Made by a program: the position numbers and the translations under genes. The notes beneath the pieces were generated by a model that was not told the DNA's origin, searched no databases, and saw nothing but the letters and a program-made list of their open reading frames with translations. Shown one piece after another: positions 9,604 to 19,383 of a stretch of DNA of 64,000 nucleotides. Location: assembly GCA_977020255.1 (NCBI GenBank), contig CDROCS010004962.1:62001-126000 (forward strand). The letters run 5' to 3'. This DNA comes from Obrimoposthia wandeli. Lineage: Eukaryota. Numbering within the stretch: position 1 is the stretch's first letter; every line of letters begins with the position of its first letter.

Positions 9604-9701
9604 ATATTTGCGTGTAATAAATTGTAATCGGTTTTACTATGTTTCTTTCATTTAATAATCAGTTTTATTTTTTAAATATTTGTATCTTATATGTATCTTA
9701 A

Positions 9702-10127
9702 ATGTATTTTTTTATAAACATTGTTTTTAATCAATTTCCACATTTTAGAATGGATAAGAGATGTGTAGCAAATTATTATTATCCAGAAAGAATTTCAAAA
9801 GGAAAACTATGTAATATATTAAAGAGGCATCAAATTATACGAGTTATGAATCCTGTGAAAATATCAAAAGTGGAGAATAACTAACTCATCAAAATTTTAA
9901 CAACATCTGATTTTTATCAATTCAAAAATATTTTGGGATTTTACATTCCTGATTATGTATATGAAGGAAATTGTTTCGAGCTTGAAACTGATCCCAGTCT
10001 GGATTTTAAAGATGATCTAGGATATTTGATTGCTCCAATTCTAGATGAAGAACTATGGAATATCTCAATACGTCTCAATAGATATTTTGCTGATGATGGG
10101 AAAATGCAGCCTCTGGACTTTGAGTGA
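9702..10127 (+). pseudogene. Hypothetical protein U2 (two in-frame ORF pieces separated by a stop)
   Basis: 9702-9884 and 9933-10127 are in the same frame and read through one TAA; no recognisable domain. Confidence 0.45.
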
Positions 10128-10379
10128 AGCCAATATGTCGTTTAATGTTTAATAAATGTTTTGAAAAATAATTTTGACTAGTATTTTGTTTTTTCTCCTC
10201 TAAATTATATAGATCTATTTTTATACTATAAAACTGACCTAAATATTTAACATGTAGTAATCTTTCTTAAAAAAAGTAGTAACATATTTTTAATATGCGA
10301 TAAGCCGCTGGGGTCAATATGGATTCCCGTGGTCTTCTCTAACCACTTTCGAGATAAATTTCAAAGTAAATTAAAAAAT

Positions 10380-10652
10380 ATAGGGGGAACCCCCCGCCCC
10401 TCCCTCCTATTTGATGCTTTTTCCCCTACACATACACAAAATTTCACTCCACACACATGCACGAATTTTCACTCCACACACATGCACGGTTTTAAGGGAC
10501 AGTGGTACCCCCGGGGGTAGAAAATTTCACTTCACACACATACACGAATTTTCACTCCACACACATGCACGAATTTTCACTCCACACACATGCACGGTTT
10601 TAAAGGACAGGGGGAGTGGGGGTGTGGATTAGACCGGACACATCCACCTACT
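10380..10652. repeat. Right terminal region of element A: 24-bp CGAATTTTCACTCCACACACATGCA repeats, CCCC-GGGG palindrome, short terminal hairpin
   Basis: About 5 copies of the 24-mer, GGTACCCCCGGGGG at about 10504-10517, GTGGAT/ATCCAC hairpin just inside the CTACT end. Confidence 0.8.
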
Positions 10653-10800
10653 CATATCCACCAGGTTTTAGCGTCGGTATTTTATCCATAGGAAACACTC
10701 CTTTGAATTTATGTTTTAATAATTCCATTCCCGCAGTATTAAGCTGTTTAGAACTACATTAATTATTATTATTATTAAGATCAATAAACACTTACTTCAT
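10653..10800 (-). pseudogene. 5' part of the element B protease, truncated by element A
   Basis: ATGAA, 42-nt intron 10795-10754, then (MN)SKQLNTAGMELLKHKFKGVFPMDKIPTLKPGGY, ending at the AGTAG terminus of A. Confidence 0.8.
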
Positions 10801-12055
10801 CCAACAATTGCACGTTTGTCTTTAGTTACTTGAATTTCAGTATCGAAAACACCGTTAATTATAATATTTGATGGATGTTCCAATCCTTCGAGAAACATTA
10901 CGTCAAGTCTTAGATTACCTTGTCTCGGTAATTGATGTTGATTTATATCAAAGTCGGGAGCCAATAAGAATGTAAAAAATGGGTAATGTTCCTTAAAATC
11001 TTCAGATGTTATACCTATGTTTATATTCTTATCCAATAATCCCATGTTTCTAACCAGTGATTGAATACACGCAAACATGTATTCATCTTTTTCAAAGTTT
11101 GTAGTGTACGTTTCAACAAAATCAGTGTTTCTACTAAGGGAAATTTAAAAAAAAAACATTACAATGATCAAATTCTGAAGTGTCTGTTTCACTAGACCCG
11201 TCCATTTTAAGATTATGTTGAAATGTAACCAAAACAAATTTAGGTAATTGCTCATCATCAAAAATAGGTGATTTATAAAATGTTGTAGAGCCTTTAGGTA
11301 GTGAATAATGTACCACCTTTCCCCGTCTATATGGATAAACCGCATTTTGAGTTTCCAAACCAACATTATGAGCCATCAAAACTGATGGTTCAACTCGTAC
11401 ACGTCTAACTTTCATTTTAGCATTCAAAAATTTTATTCTACAATGAGTTGTACCTGTTTTTAGTGATATGTTTGCTTTTGGAAATAATCAATTTTATACC
11501 GACATTCTTACCGGGGAGCAAATATTTGGGTTGTTCAAGGAAATCCGATCAAATTGAACCGCACAACTCAAATTCACTCGATTTTTCAATCCACCCTTTT
11601 CGTTCATTCTGATTACTATCATAACCAATTCCATCTAAAGAAACACTTTTCGTATCTTTGCTATAATTAAGCATACATTCAATCAAAGCCTTGTGAGCAT
11701 AATTACCATTTCCTCCTTCAATACGAGTATTATTCAGGTGAATTTGCACATCTTTAAATAGTGTATGGAAAAAGAAATTTGTTGGTATAAATTTATCTGC
11801 TTCCACCATGTCAATATAACTGTTTGTTCCATTATTTTTTAAAACTTTAATTTTCAAATATAATAGAGAATCGTTCAAATCTAAATATTCTGTTTCACTC
11901 GAATGGATATTAAACTCGATTGTATTAATATTACTACCGTTAATATTATTAACCGGGTAAATATTCTCAAAACATTTATTTTCTATAGCAATTTGAGGTA
12001 GTGGACAATCAAATAAACACAGTTCAGATTTTTGCACATGCCACTTCTTACTCAA
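10797..12055 (-). pseudogene. Major capsid protein (PY), element B, frameshifted
   Basis: KSELCLF..P.PQ..IE, IEF.I......YLDL....LY.K.KV, NY.HKA.IE..LNY, VRRVRVEPSV..AH..GL....A.YP, LAPDFD, G.LRLD..F, GVFDTEIQV. Confidence 0.93.
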
Positions 12056-12431
12056 ATATGGTTACTATATTACTACGTTTGTTTATACTACCACTACCTT
12101 TCTGTACTTCTTCTTTCATTTTAACAGGAATTTGTGCTGGTCGTTTTTGACTTTTCTTTATTGCAGTCATTAGTTGAGTAGCAGCTTTTGTTGCTTCAGG
12201 CAACAAACCTGGTACTTCACTCATTGCATTTGATTTTAGTTCACTCAAATTTGGTTTATCGTTCATTACTACATTTGTAAGTGTTTTTGCTCCAATTCGT
12301 CCTAAATGTGATAGTGTAGGAAACGCAATTCTCCCCAAAACTTTCAACTAACCTGAACCATATTGTTTTCCAACAAAGTAAGGTAGTTCACCACCCGTTT
12401 GGGTTGTACTATACACATCAAATAGACACAT
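12048..12431 (-). pseudogene. Putative core/virion protein precursor with Gly-Gly protease sites (one premature TAG)
   Basis: MCLFDVYSTTQTGGELPYFVGKQYGSG*LKVLGRIAFP...; the Q.GG.LP.F.G.QYG.G pattern is typical of Polinton core-like ORFs. Confidence 0.7.
12079..12087 (-). promoter_or_regulatory. TATAAACAA motif
   Basis: Inside core-gene codons (S-I-N-K), 23 nt upstream of the MCP-B start at 12055. Confidence 0.65.
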
Positions 12432-12456
12432 TATTAACGATTAACATTGTATAATT

Positions 12457-12465
12457 TTGTTTATA
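12457..12465 (-). promoter_or_regulatory. TATAAACAA motif
   Basis: 25 nt upstream of the core-gene ATG at 12431. Confidence 0.65.
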
Positions 12466-13413
12466 CATAACCTTTCAGAAATTTAGTGTTAAACTAGTTT
12501 TTGCGTTATGAGCAAAGTTTATCGGTATTCCACTATCATTACGAATATTTACTTCAATATTGGAAATAGATGTTGATATTACAGGAAGATACATATGGTC
12601 TAATGATTGTAATATTTGCGATATCACCATTTTTTTGTTTTTATCTAATCAAATTGTTTTTAACAATGGTATTTTTACACCACCAACATTTATAGACTCT
12701 ATCAAATTGGTATACAGGTACTTGTGATCAAACTCACATATTAATTGTGGAATGCCTTTACCGTCACCTGTAAATTCTGTTTTATTAAGACCCAGTACAA
12801 ATGCCATAAGATTATTAAACAGTATGCTTGAAATATTAGATTTTAACTTGAACTTAATGAATTTATCTTTTTCAATGTAAAACATACTAAAAATATGATT
12901 ACATTTAGATATAACGTATTTAACTAATGCATTCAAATCTGTACTATTGAAAACGTTGTCAAACACGATTTTTGAATTGATATCTTTCTTTCCTAATTGA
13001 TAATATTCGAATTTTGTTGATACATATTTATGATGTATGGTTTTTTGAGCAGTTAAAATACAATTATCATCAGATGCTAAGTAATTTTCATGGTTTAATT
13101 CATTATTTAGGAAACCCAATTGATTTTTCAATTTTTTCGATAGTTTTATATAGAATTTCTGTTTATTTAAAGATTTTAAAACAAGTACATTTTCCTTTTT
13201 ATCTTTGCCATATGTACCAAACTCACAATAAAGATTAGCAATGCGTTTTGATGATTTTATTTCTACTTTTGAAATTTTCTTTATATTAAATTTAACAGGT
13301 TTATGCTTATCATTATGAATTTCCCCATCTTTAAATTCAACATTTAATGAGACAGTATCGGTTTTCTTAGCACTTACCGTTTCCTTATAATTTATTTCAC
13401 TACCCTTGTCCAC
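12461..13413 (-). pseudogene. Minor capsid protein (penton, PX), N-terminus apparently deleted
   Basis: C-terminal signature YLYTNLIESINVGGVKIPLLKT, then PY......I..IEVNIR...G.PI.F......TL.F after a stop. Confidence 0.8.
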
Positions 13414-14197
13414 ATAGTAGAAATACTACTTCAATATGATTATTCAAACATACTACACATTCAGGTTCATTTAACATGTATGAAAGTATATTTAAGTATT
13501 GTTTTTCAGGGTCTTTTTCTAAATTATATAAATCACAAATCATTTCAAATAATGAATTGTATTCTCCATATTGCATCATTTTATATTTTAAAACAGATTT
13601 TATTCTCTCTCTCGTGAAAAACCTTTTCAAGTATCTGATGTTGTTGGTATCCATCAACATGTCGAATTTTTCCGTAGTTAAAGGATATTCACTTATACAA
13701 TCTGATTCGTTTTTCTCAATAACATTAGCATCATTATAGGGTCCTAAACCTTTTGAATAACATATATCAGGTAATTTTACAACAATATCTGATATATATA
13801 CTTTTCCAATCAATGGTGATGTATCAAAATCAATTTTCTTGACCATAGTTTCAATTATTGGTACATTTGAAACATTTAACTTTAAAATAAATGGACATGT
13901 AAGAAAAAATTTCATATGTTGCTTCATTGGTTTAAGATACCATTCCCATTCGGATATTGCACCTTGACAGTATATACATTTTACTTTATCAGTTGAATCA
14001 TCATCATGTTTATAAAATCCAGCTTTAGCTAAATTATATACAGATTGTTTCCCTTTAAAATTTATAATTAACAATCTTAATCTTTCACTTTCACGTCTAT
14101 ATTTCCCGTGTAAAACTTTCATTCTAGAATAATCTACTTTTCGTCTAACTAAAACATCATCAACAGTTTTATAATGAAGTATATAATCAACAAGCAT
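13400..14197 (-). CDS. Inhibitor-of-apoptosis-like protein: one BIR domain plus truncated RING
   Basis: E.ERL...LAKAGFY...VKCIYC...EWE...PM.QH......CPF (CCHC zinc ligands intact); C-terminal ECVVC...VVFLLCGQ stops mid-RING. Likely start is the ATG at 14197. Confidence 0.88.
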   Translation of the reverse strand: MLVDYILHYKTVDDVLVRRKVDYSRMKVLHGKYRRESERLRLLIINFKGKQSVYNLAKAGFYKHDDDSTDKVKCIYCQGAISEWEWYLKPMKQHMKFFLTCPFILKLNVSNVPIIETMVKKIDFDTSPLIGKVYISDIVVKLPDICYSKGLGPYNDANVIEKNESDCISEYPLTTEKFDMLMDTNNIRYLKRFFTRERIKSVLKYKMMQYGEYNSLFEMICDLYNLEKDPEKQYLNILSYMLNEPECVVCLNNHIEVVFLLCGQG

Positions 14198-14222
14198 TTT
14201 TAAAAAATCAAAAAACATATAT

Positions 14223-14231
14223 TTGTTTATA
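14223..14231 (-). promoter_or_regulatory. TATAAACAA motif
   Basis: Overlaps the TBP-like B stop; 25 nt upstream of the ATG at 14197. Confidence 0.65.
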
Positions 14232-14545
14232 AGAAACTATCAAGAAAAAATACAATAGACTCGACTTGACAATGATAATCAAAATCTTTAATACCAAGAA
14301 TAATCACTTTTCCACTAGCAAACACATTAACACAGAGGATTATATTTTAAAATTCTGAGTGCTGGAAACAATTCTGGTTCAAACATACAATTTCTTCCCA
14401 TTTTCATAGATATCTTATACAAATTAACCTTCTTGTTGATATTCACTAGGATACTTAGAGATTGAATACGTTCAATTTCTATATTTTGAGCATCTTTGAT
14501 TGGTTGTTTGCAATCCATAATTCTACATGAACCTAAATAGTAGTA

Positions 14546-14587
<42 letters not shown>

Positions 14588-14715
14588 GTTGGAAATATAA
14601 CTATAGTATAATCCTTTAACTTTTCAACATATTGTATAGGTTTCTTTGATCGAAAAGGTAAGTGACTAACACTTCCCTTAAATTTACCTTTATAATTTAT
14701 ATTGATTATTTTCAT
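14227..14715 (-). pseudogene. TBP-like factor, copy B (spliced; 2-nt deletion near 14330)
   Basis: MKIININYKG...VIFPT, 53-nt intron 14585-14533 at the same phase-1 position as copy A, SCRIMDCK...CMFEPELFPAL...PLC, then (V)NVFASGKVIILG in a shifted frame. Confidence 0.85.
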
Positions 14716-14839
14716 TATGTGATAATAATTGATGATGTCACAAACATATATAGTTTCATATTATCCAATGAGAATCAACCAATCATATTCAAGTAGTCAA
14801 CTATAACTACCGAAACATTTCAGTTTACTCTCATTCATT

Positions 14840-15349
14840 ATGTTCAATTTACAAAAATCGATTTTGAAGAGCACAAAAAAGAGGAATAATGAAATTTTAA
14901 ATACAAGCAAAGTTGTACAGATAGATTCTGATGATACAGAATTAGAGGATATTTTTAATAGAGAAACAGAAGACCTATTCAAAGAATATGTACCTTATTT
15001 CAGCTATACAATGAATTTTCTCAAGATGCCTGTTACCTTTAGATTAAAATACCCTGTTATGCTAACAAAGTCCAAGTTTGACTATTTCATCTCAAGGATC
15101 CATCAAAATGATATTAACAATATCAATGTTATTTTCAGAAGAATGAAATTAGATAACAAAATTGAAAACTTTAGTGCTTTTATTAAAGCTGATGAACATC
15201 TGTTTAAAGGAATATATACTTACTCTGAAGAAGAATTTCCCAAAAGCAAATATTGGATTTTATTTATTCAAATTCAAGGATTCAAAGTCGATAGACTCGG
15301 GAGACAGAAGCCTATTTGGAGAATTACTGAAGGACATAAGAAAGTTTAA
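14840..15349 (+). CDS. Conserved hypothetical protein U1, copy B
   Basis: Intact 169-aa ORF homologous by eye to 9121-9603, in the same head-to-head position with the TBP-like gene. Confidence 0.8.
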   Translation: MFNLQKSILKSTKKRNNEILNTSKVVQIDSDDTELEDIFNRETEDLFKEYVPYFSYTMNFLKMPVTFRLKYPVMLTKSKFDYFISRIHQNDINNINVIFRRMKLDNKIENFSAFIKADEHLFKGIYTYSEEEFPKSKYWILFIQIQGFKVDRLGRQKPIWRITEGHKKV

Positions 15350-15594
15350 TGTAATCATATGAATAAATTATTTATTGATTTTATTTATCATATGAATAAA
15401 TTATTTTATTAATCTTTAACTAGAAACAAAAGTAATATAAATATAATCTTTGCCAAAGGTGTTGCCCGGTCTTCGGATGAAGGGCTTCCCTCTTAGGAGG
15501 CTCCGTAAGGGAGATTTTGGCCACTTAAAATCTACTTTTGTTTTAAACGGCGAGATATTTAGCGCCATATTTGAAAATAGGTCTTAAAATCACG

Positions 15595-16075
15595 CATACA
15601 ACGCCAAAAAAGGTTTTGCAGTAAAACGTACCCCACCTATTGCCTTGAGTTAGTATGCGCGATTTTCAGACCAAATGTAGGCCAAGTCTCGAAATCCTAC
15701 ATACGAACTCAAATTGATTTTGCAGTAAAAAGGTACCCCCCCTCCGGGGGGACCTATTACCATTGAGTTAGTATGCACGATTTCAAGGCTTTTTGGTCAA
15801 GTCCGGAAATCACACATACGAACTCAAATAGATTTTGCAGTAAAAGGTACCCCCCGGGAGGACCTATTACCGTTGGTTTAGTATGCGTGATTTTCAGACC
15901 AAATTTAGGTCAAGTCTCGAAATCCTGCATACAACGCCAATATGGTTTTGCAGTAAAAAGTACCCGGCCCCGGGGGGGACCTATTACCATTGGTTTAGTA
16001 TGCGTGATTTCGAGACATTTTGATCAAGTCCAGAAATCACACATACGAACTCAAATAGATTTTGCAGTAAAAACG
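15595..16075. repeat. Subterminal array of about 104-115-bp units with central C-run/G-run palindromes
   Basis: TTTTGCAGTAAAA recurs at 15614, 15718, 15833, 15946 and 16060; two alternating subtypes; GTACCCC..GGGGGACC cores. Confidence 0.9.
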
Positions 16076-16199
16076 TAGAAATTTGAGTCATTTTGAGTCA
16101 TTTTAAGCCAATTTAAACAAATTTTAGACATTTTAATGACATTCTGTCTAAAAAATAACAGTATACAGAATCAATAAATGATTTTTCATTATCATTCAA

Positions 16200-16745
16200 C
16201 TTCAAACGCAGCAAATGTTCGTGTTATTTATTCCCGAAAAGACACAACTTATCTGTGAGAGCTGTCACATCTTCTGGGCAGAAATTAACGAAGGATTGGG
16301 AAGAGAAAATGACTGTTTTTGAAACTTTTCTCAAAACGGCGATTACTGGAGTCGATATTGAACAAATTGGTAATATGGATCCACTAATGTCAAAATCACT
16401 ACTACTGGAAATGAAAAGTGAAATTATACTATTGTTTTATGTGTTATAGTCAAGGGTGGAAAATGCAAAGCTTTAGTGATTTTAAAAAAAAAATAATATT
16501 CTTAAAGGTGATTTTCCTGAAAGTGTTGTTGTTACAGCAAATGAAAAAAGATGGGTCAATGCAGATATTGAATTGTTCAATACCTTCAACATCGATACTG
16601 ATTAAGAGTTTGATGGCTTCGATTAATTAATGTATATATATATTGTGTATAAGCCGGACTTATGTATAGGCCAATTGCTTATTTTTCCTTATTTACACTT
16701 TTTTTCTTAGATAAGCCGCGGCTTATTGACAAGAACTTAGGGTAG
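16200..16745 (+). mobile_element. pogo/Tigger-like DNA transposon fossil
   Basis: Remnants F..RHNLSVR..T, QIGNMD, VVV.ANEK.W; GGCTTA(T) subterminal repeats near 16650-16730. Confidence 0.7.
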
Positions 16746-17624
16746 TATAATTTTAGGGGGTTTCTAAGGGGCAGCTCATGTATTGTTCATAGCCATACCA
16801 ATCTTATTCACATAAACCACTACTATTCACATAATCCATTAATAACTGTCAAAATGTCTGGATCTTATGTAGCCCAGATATATACAATATATGTGCATTT
16901 ATATCACTAAGAATATTGGCAATTGACCGAAAACCTTCACACAACACAAATAAAACACTGTAAATATACATCGGTCTCTCATCGACTCATTCATATTCGA
17001 ACCACTGTGATTAAGCATTTGCTGAATCACAATTTACCTTTATATTTACAAACTGTTCATTCAAATTTTACAGTGGTTGTATTGTAGATAGATGACATTT
17101 GACATATAATGACGATATGTTACCTTTTTCAAATTTAATTAAAAAACTTATCCCAAAAGCATATAAACAATAATACAGTGTATACTTGAAATCCGTACAT
17201 TGGGTTAAAAATCTGACAGTTTGATAGATCATCTTGAAATTTGAGACACATGTTAAAAATTATAGATATTAAAAAATACTTTTATTTTAACCAATCATTT
17301 TATACAACTTATCGATTTAAAGCGTAAAATGGAGAATTTAAATGATCAACAACGAAGAGATGTAATTATACAATACCACCTATCTTAAACTGATGAATCA
17401 TTAAATAAAGTTGCCATCTACGTCAAAGAGCTCGGGATTACAATACAAACTGTCTATGATGTGCTTAACAGCTTCAAAAAACGAAATTTATCTAAGAGGG
17501 CACAAGGATCGGGCAAAGTAGGTGAGAAGATGAATGAAAGAAAATTCAAGAAAATGTTGAAAGAGATACAGCCAAGCTGTTCGTCAATGCGTGAAGTAGC
17601 ATCAACGTATGAAATTCATCATAC

Positions 17625-19383
17625 TGTTAGATTTAGGAATTGAAAAATTAAAAGAATTAGTTAAATTTATACTAAAATGAAAATCCTTGAAAGCAAGGTT
17701 GAAAATTAAATATTAAAATCGAGTTAAAATATTAGGACTAGAATTAGGGGTAAATATTAAGAGGACCACGAAGGTCGTGTGTAGTGTGTTGTATATATAG
17801 GTTAATTAGAAAATATTAAAGTGCAAAATAAGCAAAAAAGCAAAAAGAGACAAATAAGAAAATCGAAGAAAAAGAAAAGTTAATTGCTGAATCGACGTCA
17901 GCAGAAGAAGAAAAGAGTAAGCGCATTTTTGGGTGCAGAGTTAATTAACTCCGTCACAGGTAGAAAACCCGGAAACCAGCTGTCGATCAAGTGATCGACA
18001 ATCACAAGTCCCAGTCGCGGGAAAGCCAGAGCTCAGCAAGCAGCTGCAAATCAAGTGCTCCACAACCAACTATATAAGTCGACTAAAAACCCGCACAGAG
18101 AATCAACAGAGAAAGCCAGGACACACAGAGGTGAGTGCTTTGTTTAAGTGCTCAGAATTCAGAAAATAAAAGTATAAAAGGAAATTATCCTTTTGCGAAT
18201 TGCCAGAAAACGAAATAAACTAGAATAAAGAGAAAGCGAAATTGAACTCGTTGATTTAAGCCAAGCAGAAGGATCGAACAATACTACCAAAGGAAACTCC
18301 GGACAAACGATCAGGAGCGCTTGATTAAGCCGAGCAGAAGGATCAACCAATACTAGCGAGAGAATTTCTGGTCAAACGATCAGGAGCGCGGAAGGAGTTA
18401 ACTAGGAGACGAAACGCGGTTAGTCAGCAAGTCTTGTTTCCGTGGAGACCTTGCAGCACCAGTTCCCAGCAATTCTAAGCTCGGAGTTCGTCGGACATCG
18501 CAGAGACGCAGACTCGAATCGGCGGCATTCCTAATCATTGGTGAGATAGGAGATATAGCGGCGTCTGTTTATATATATTCGTATTTTGAAGTAGAAAGTT
18601 GAATAAATAACTGATTCGTATTTTGAAGTAGAAAGTTGAATAAATAACTGATTCGTATTTTGAAGTAAAAAGTTGAATAAATAACTGATTCGTATTTTGA
18701 AGTAGAAAGTTGAATAAATAACTGATTCGTATTTTGAAGTAAAAAGTTGAATAAATAACTGATTCGTATTTTGAAGTAGAAAGTTGATAAATAACTGATT
18801 TGTATAATCGTATTTTGAAGTAGAAGTTGATAAATAATTGATTTATATAATCGTATTTTGAAGTAGAAAGTTGATAAATAACTGATTTATATAATCGTAT
18901 TTTGAAGTAGAAAGTTGATAAATAACTGAATTGTATAATCGTATTTTGAAGTATAAAATTTTGAAGAATTAGAGTTGATTCAAATCTATAAAGTCAAAGT
19001 TACCCTCATTTTTAAGAGTCCAGACTTTAGGGATCAACTAACCTTAACCTTAAAATCGATACGTGGTTCATCCCCACTTGTGTAGAGACTTACAGAAGTC
19101 TTAGGAATTCTTACCATACTTTTTAGAAGATACGTACATAAACGTATTGTTGTGTTATAGTTTAGTGTGTTACCAATAAACGATTTCCTACATTAGAAAA
19201 CGTTGTTTTAAACCTTTCAGATTAAGAGACGTCAAACAAACACCTTCAGATAAGAAATAGAGATAGGCAACCATAACCCTAAGTAGGCCACGACCAACTT
19301 TAAGACCTGCTTCTATTCGAACTCACGTTGGGGCCCTCCGCACAAAAGAGGATCTATACAAGTTTCATATAGAAACCCCAACA
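17625..19383 (+). mobile_element. Solo LTR (Gypsy-type), 1759 bp
   Basis: TGTTAG...CCAACA ends with 4-bp TSD ATAC (17621-17624 / 19384-19387); removal restores the transposase frame; TATATAA at 18071; internal ~68-bp duplication 18257-18390. Confidence 0.88.
18577..18955. repeat. 37-44-bp tandem array inside the solo LTR
   Basis: About 10 copies of CTGATTCGTATTTTGAAGTAGAAAGTTGAATAAATAA and longer variants. Confidence 0.95.

Larger units (their letters stand above)
1..10652. mobile_element. Polinton/Maverick (adintovirus-like) element A, decayed; left part runs off the window
   Basis: Contains pPolB, adenain-type protease, double-jelly-roll MCP fragment and A32-like ATPase. Right end reads ...CCACCTACT (AGTAG on the minus strand, the typical Polinton terminus) at 10648-10652, abutting a truncated protease gene of element B. 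Confidence 0.9.
10653..16080. mobile_element. Polinton/adintovirus-like element B (right portion)
   Basis: Protease 5' end, MCP, core protein, penton, IAP, TBP-like, U1 and a subterminal repeat array; shared genes are collinear with element A but clearly diverged. Right terminus not identified. Confidence 0.88.

Noticed and set aside
10329-10632. ORFs in element A terminal repeats (also 15773-16078)
   Set aside because: Translations of tandem repeats.
15452-15521. tRNA call for the cloverleaf-like island
   Set aside because: No D-loop or T-loop (GTTC) consensus and wrong stem lengths.
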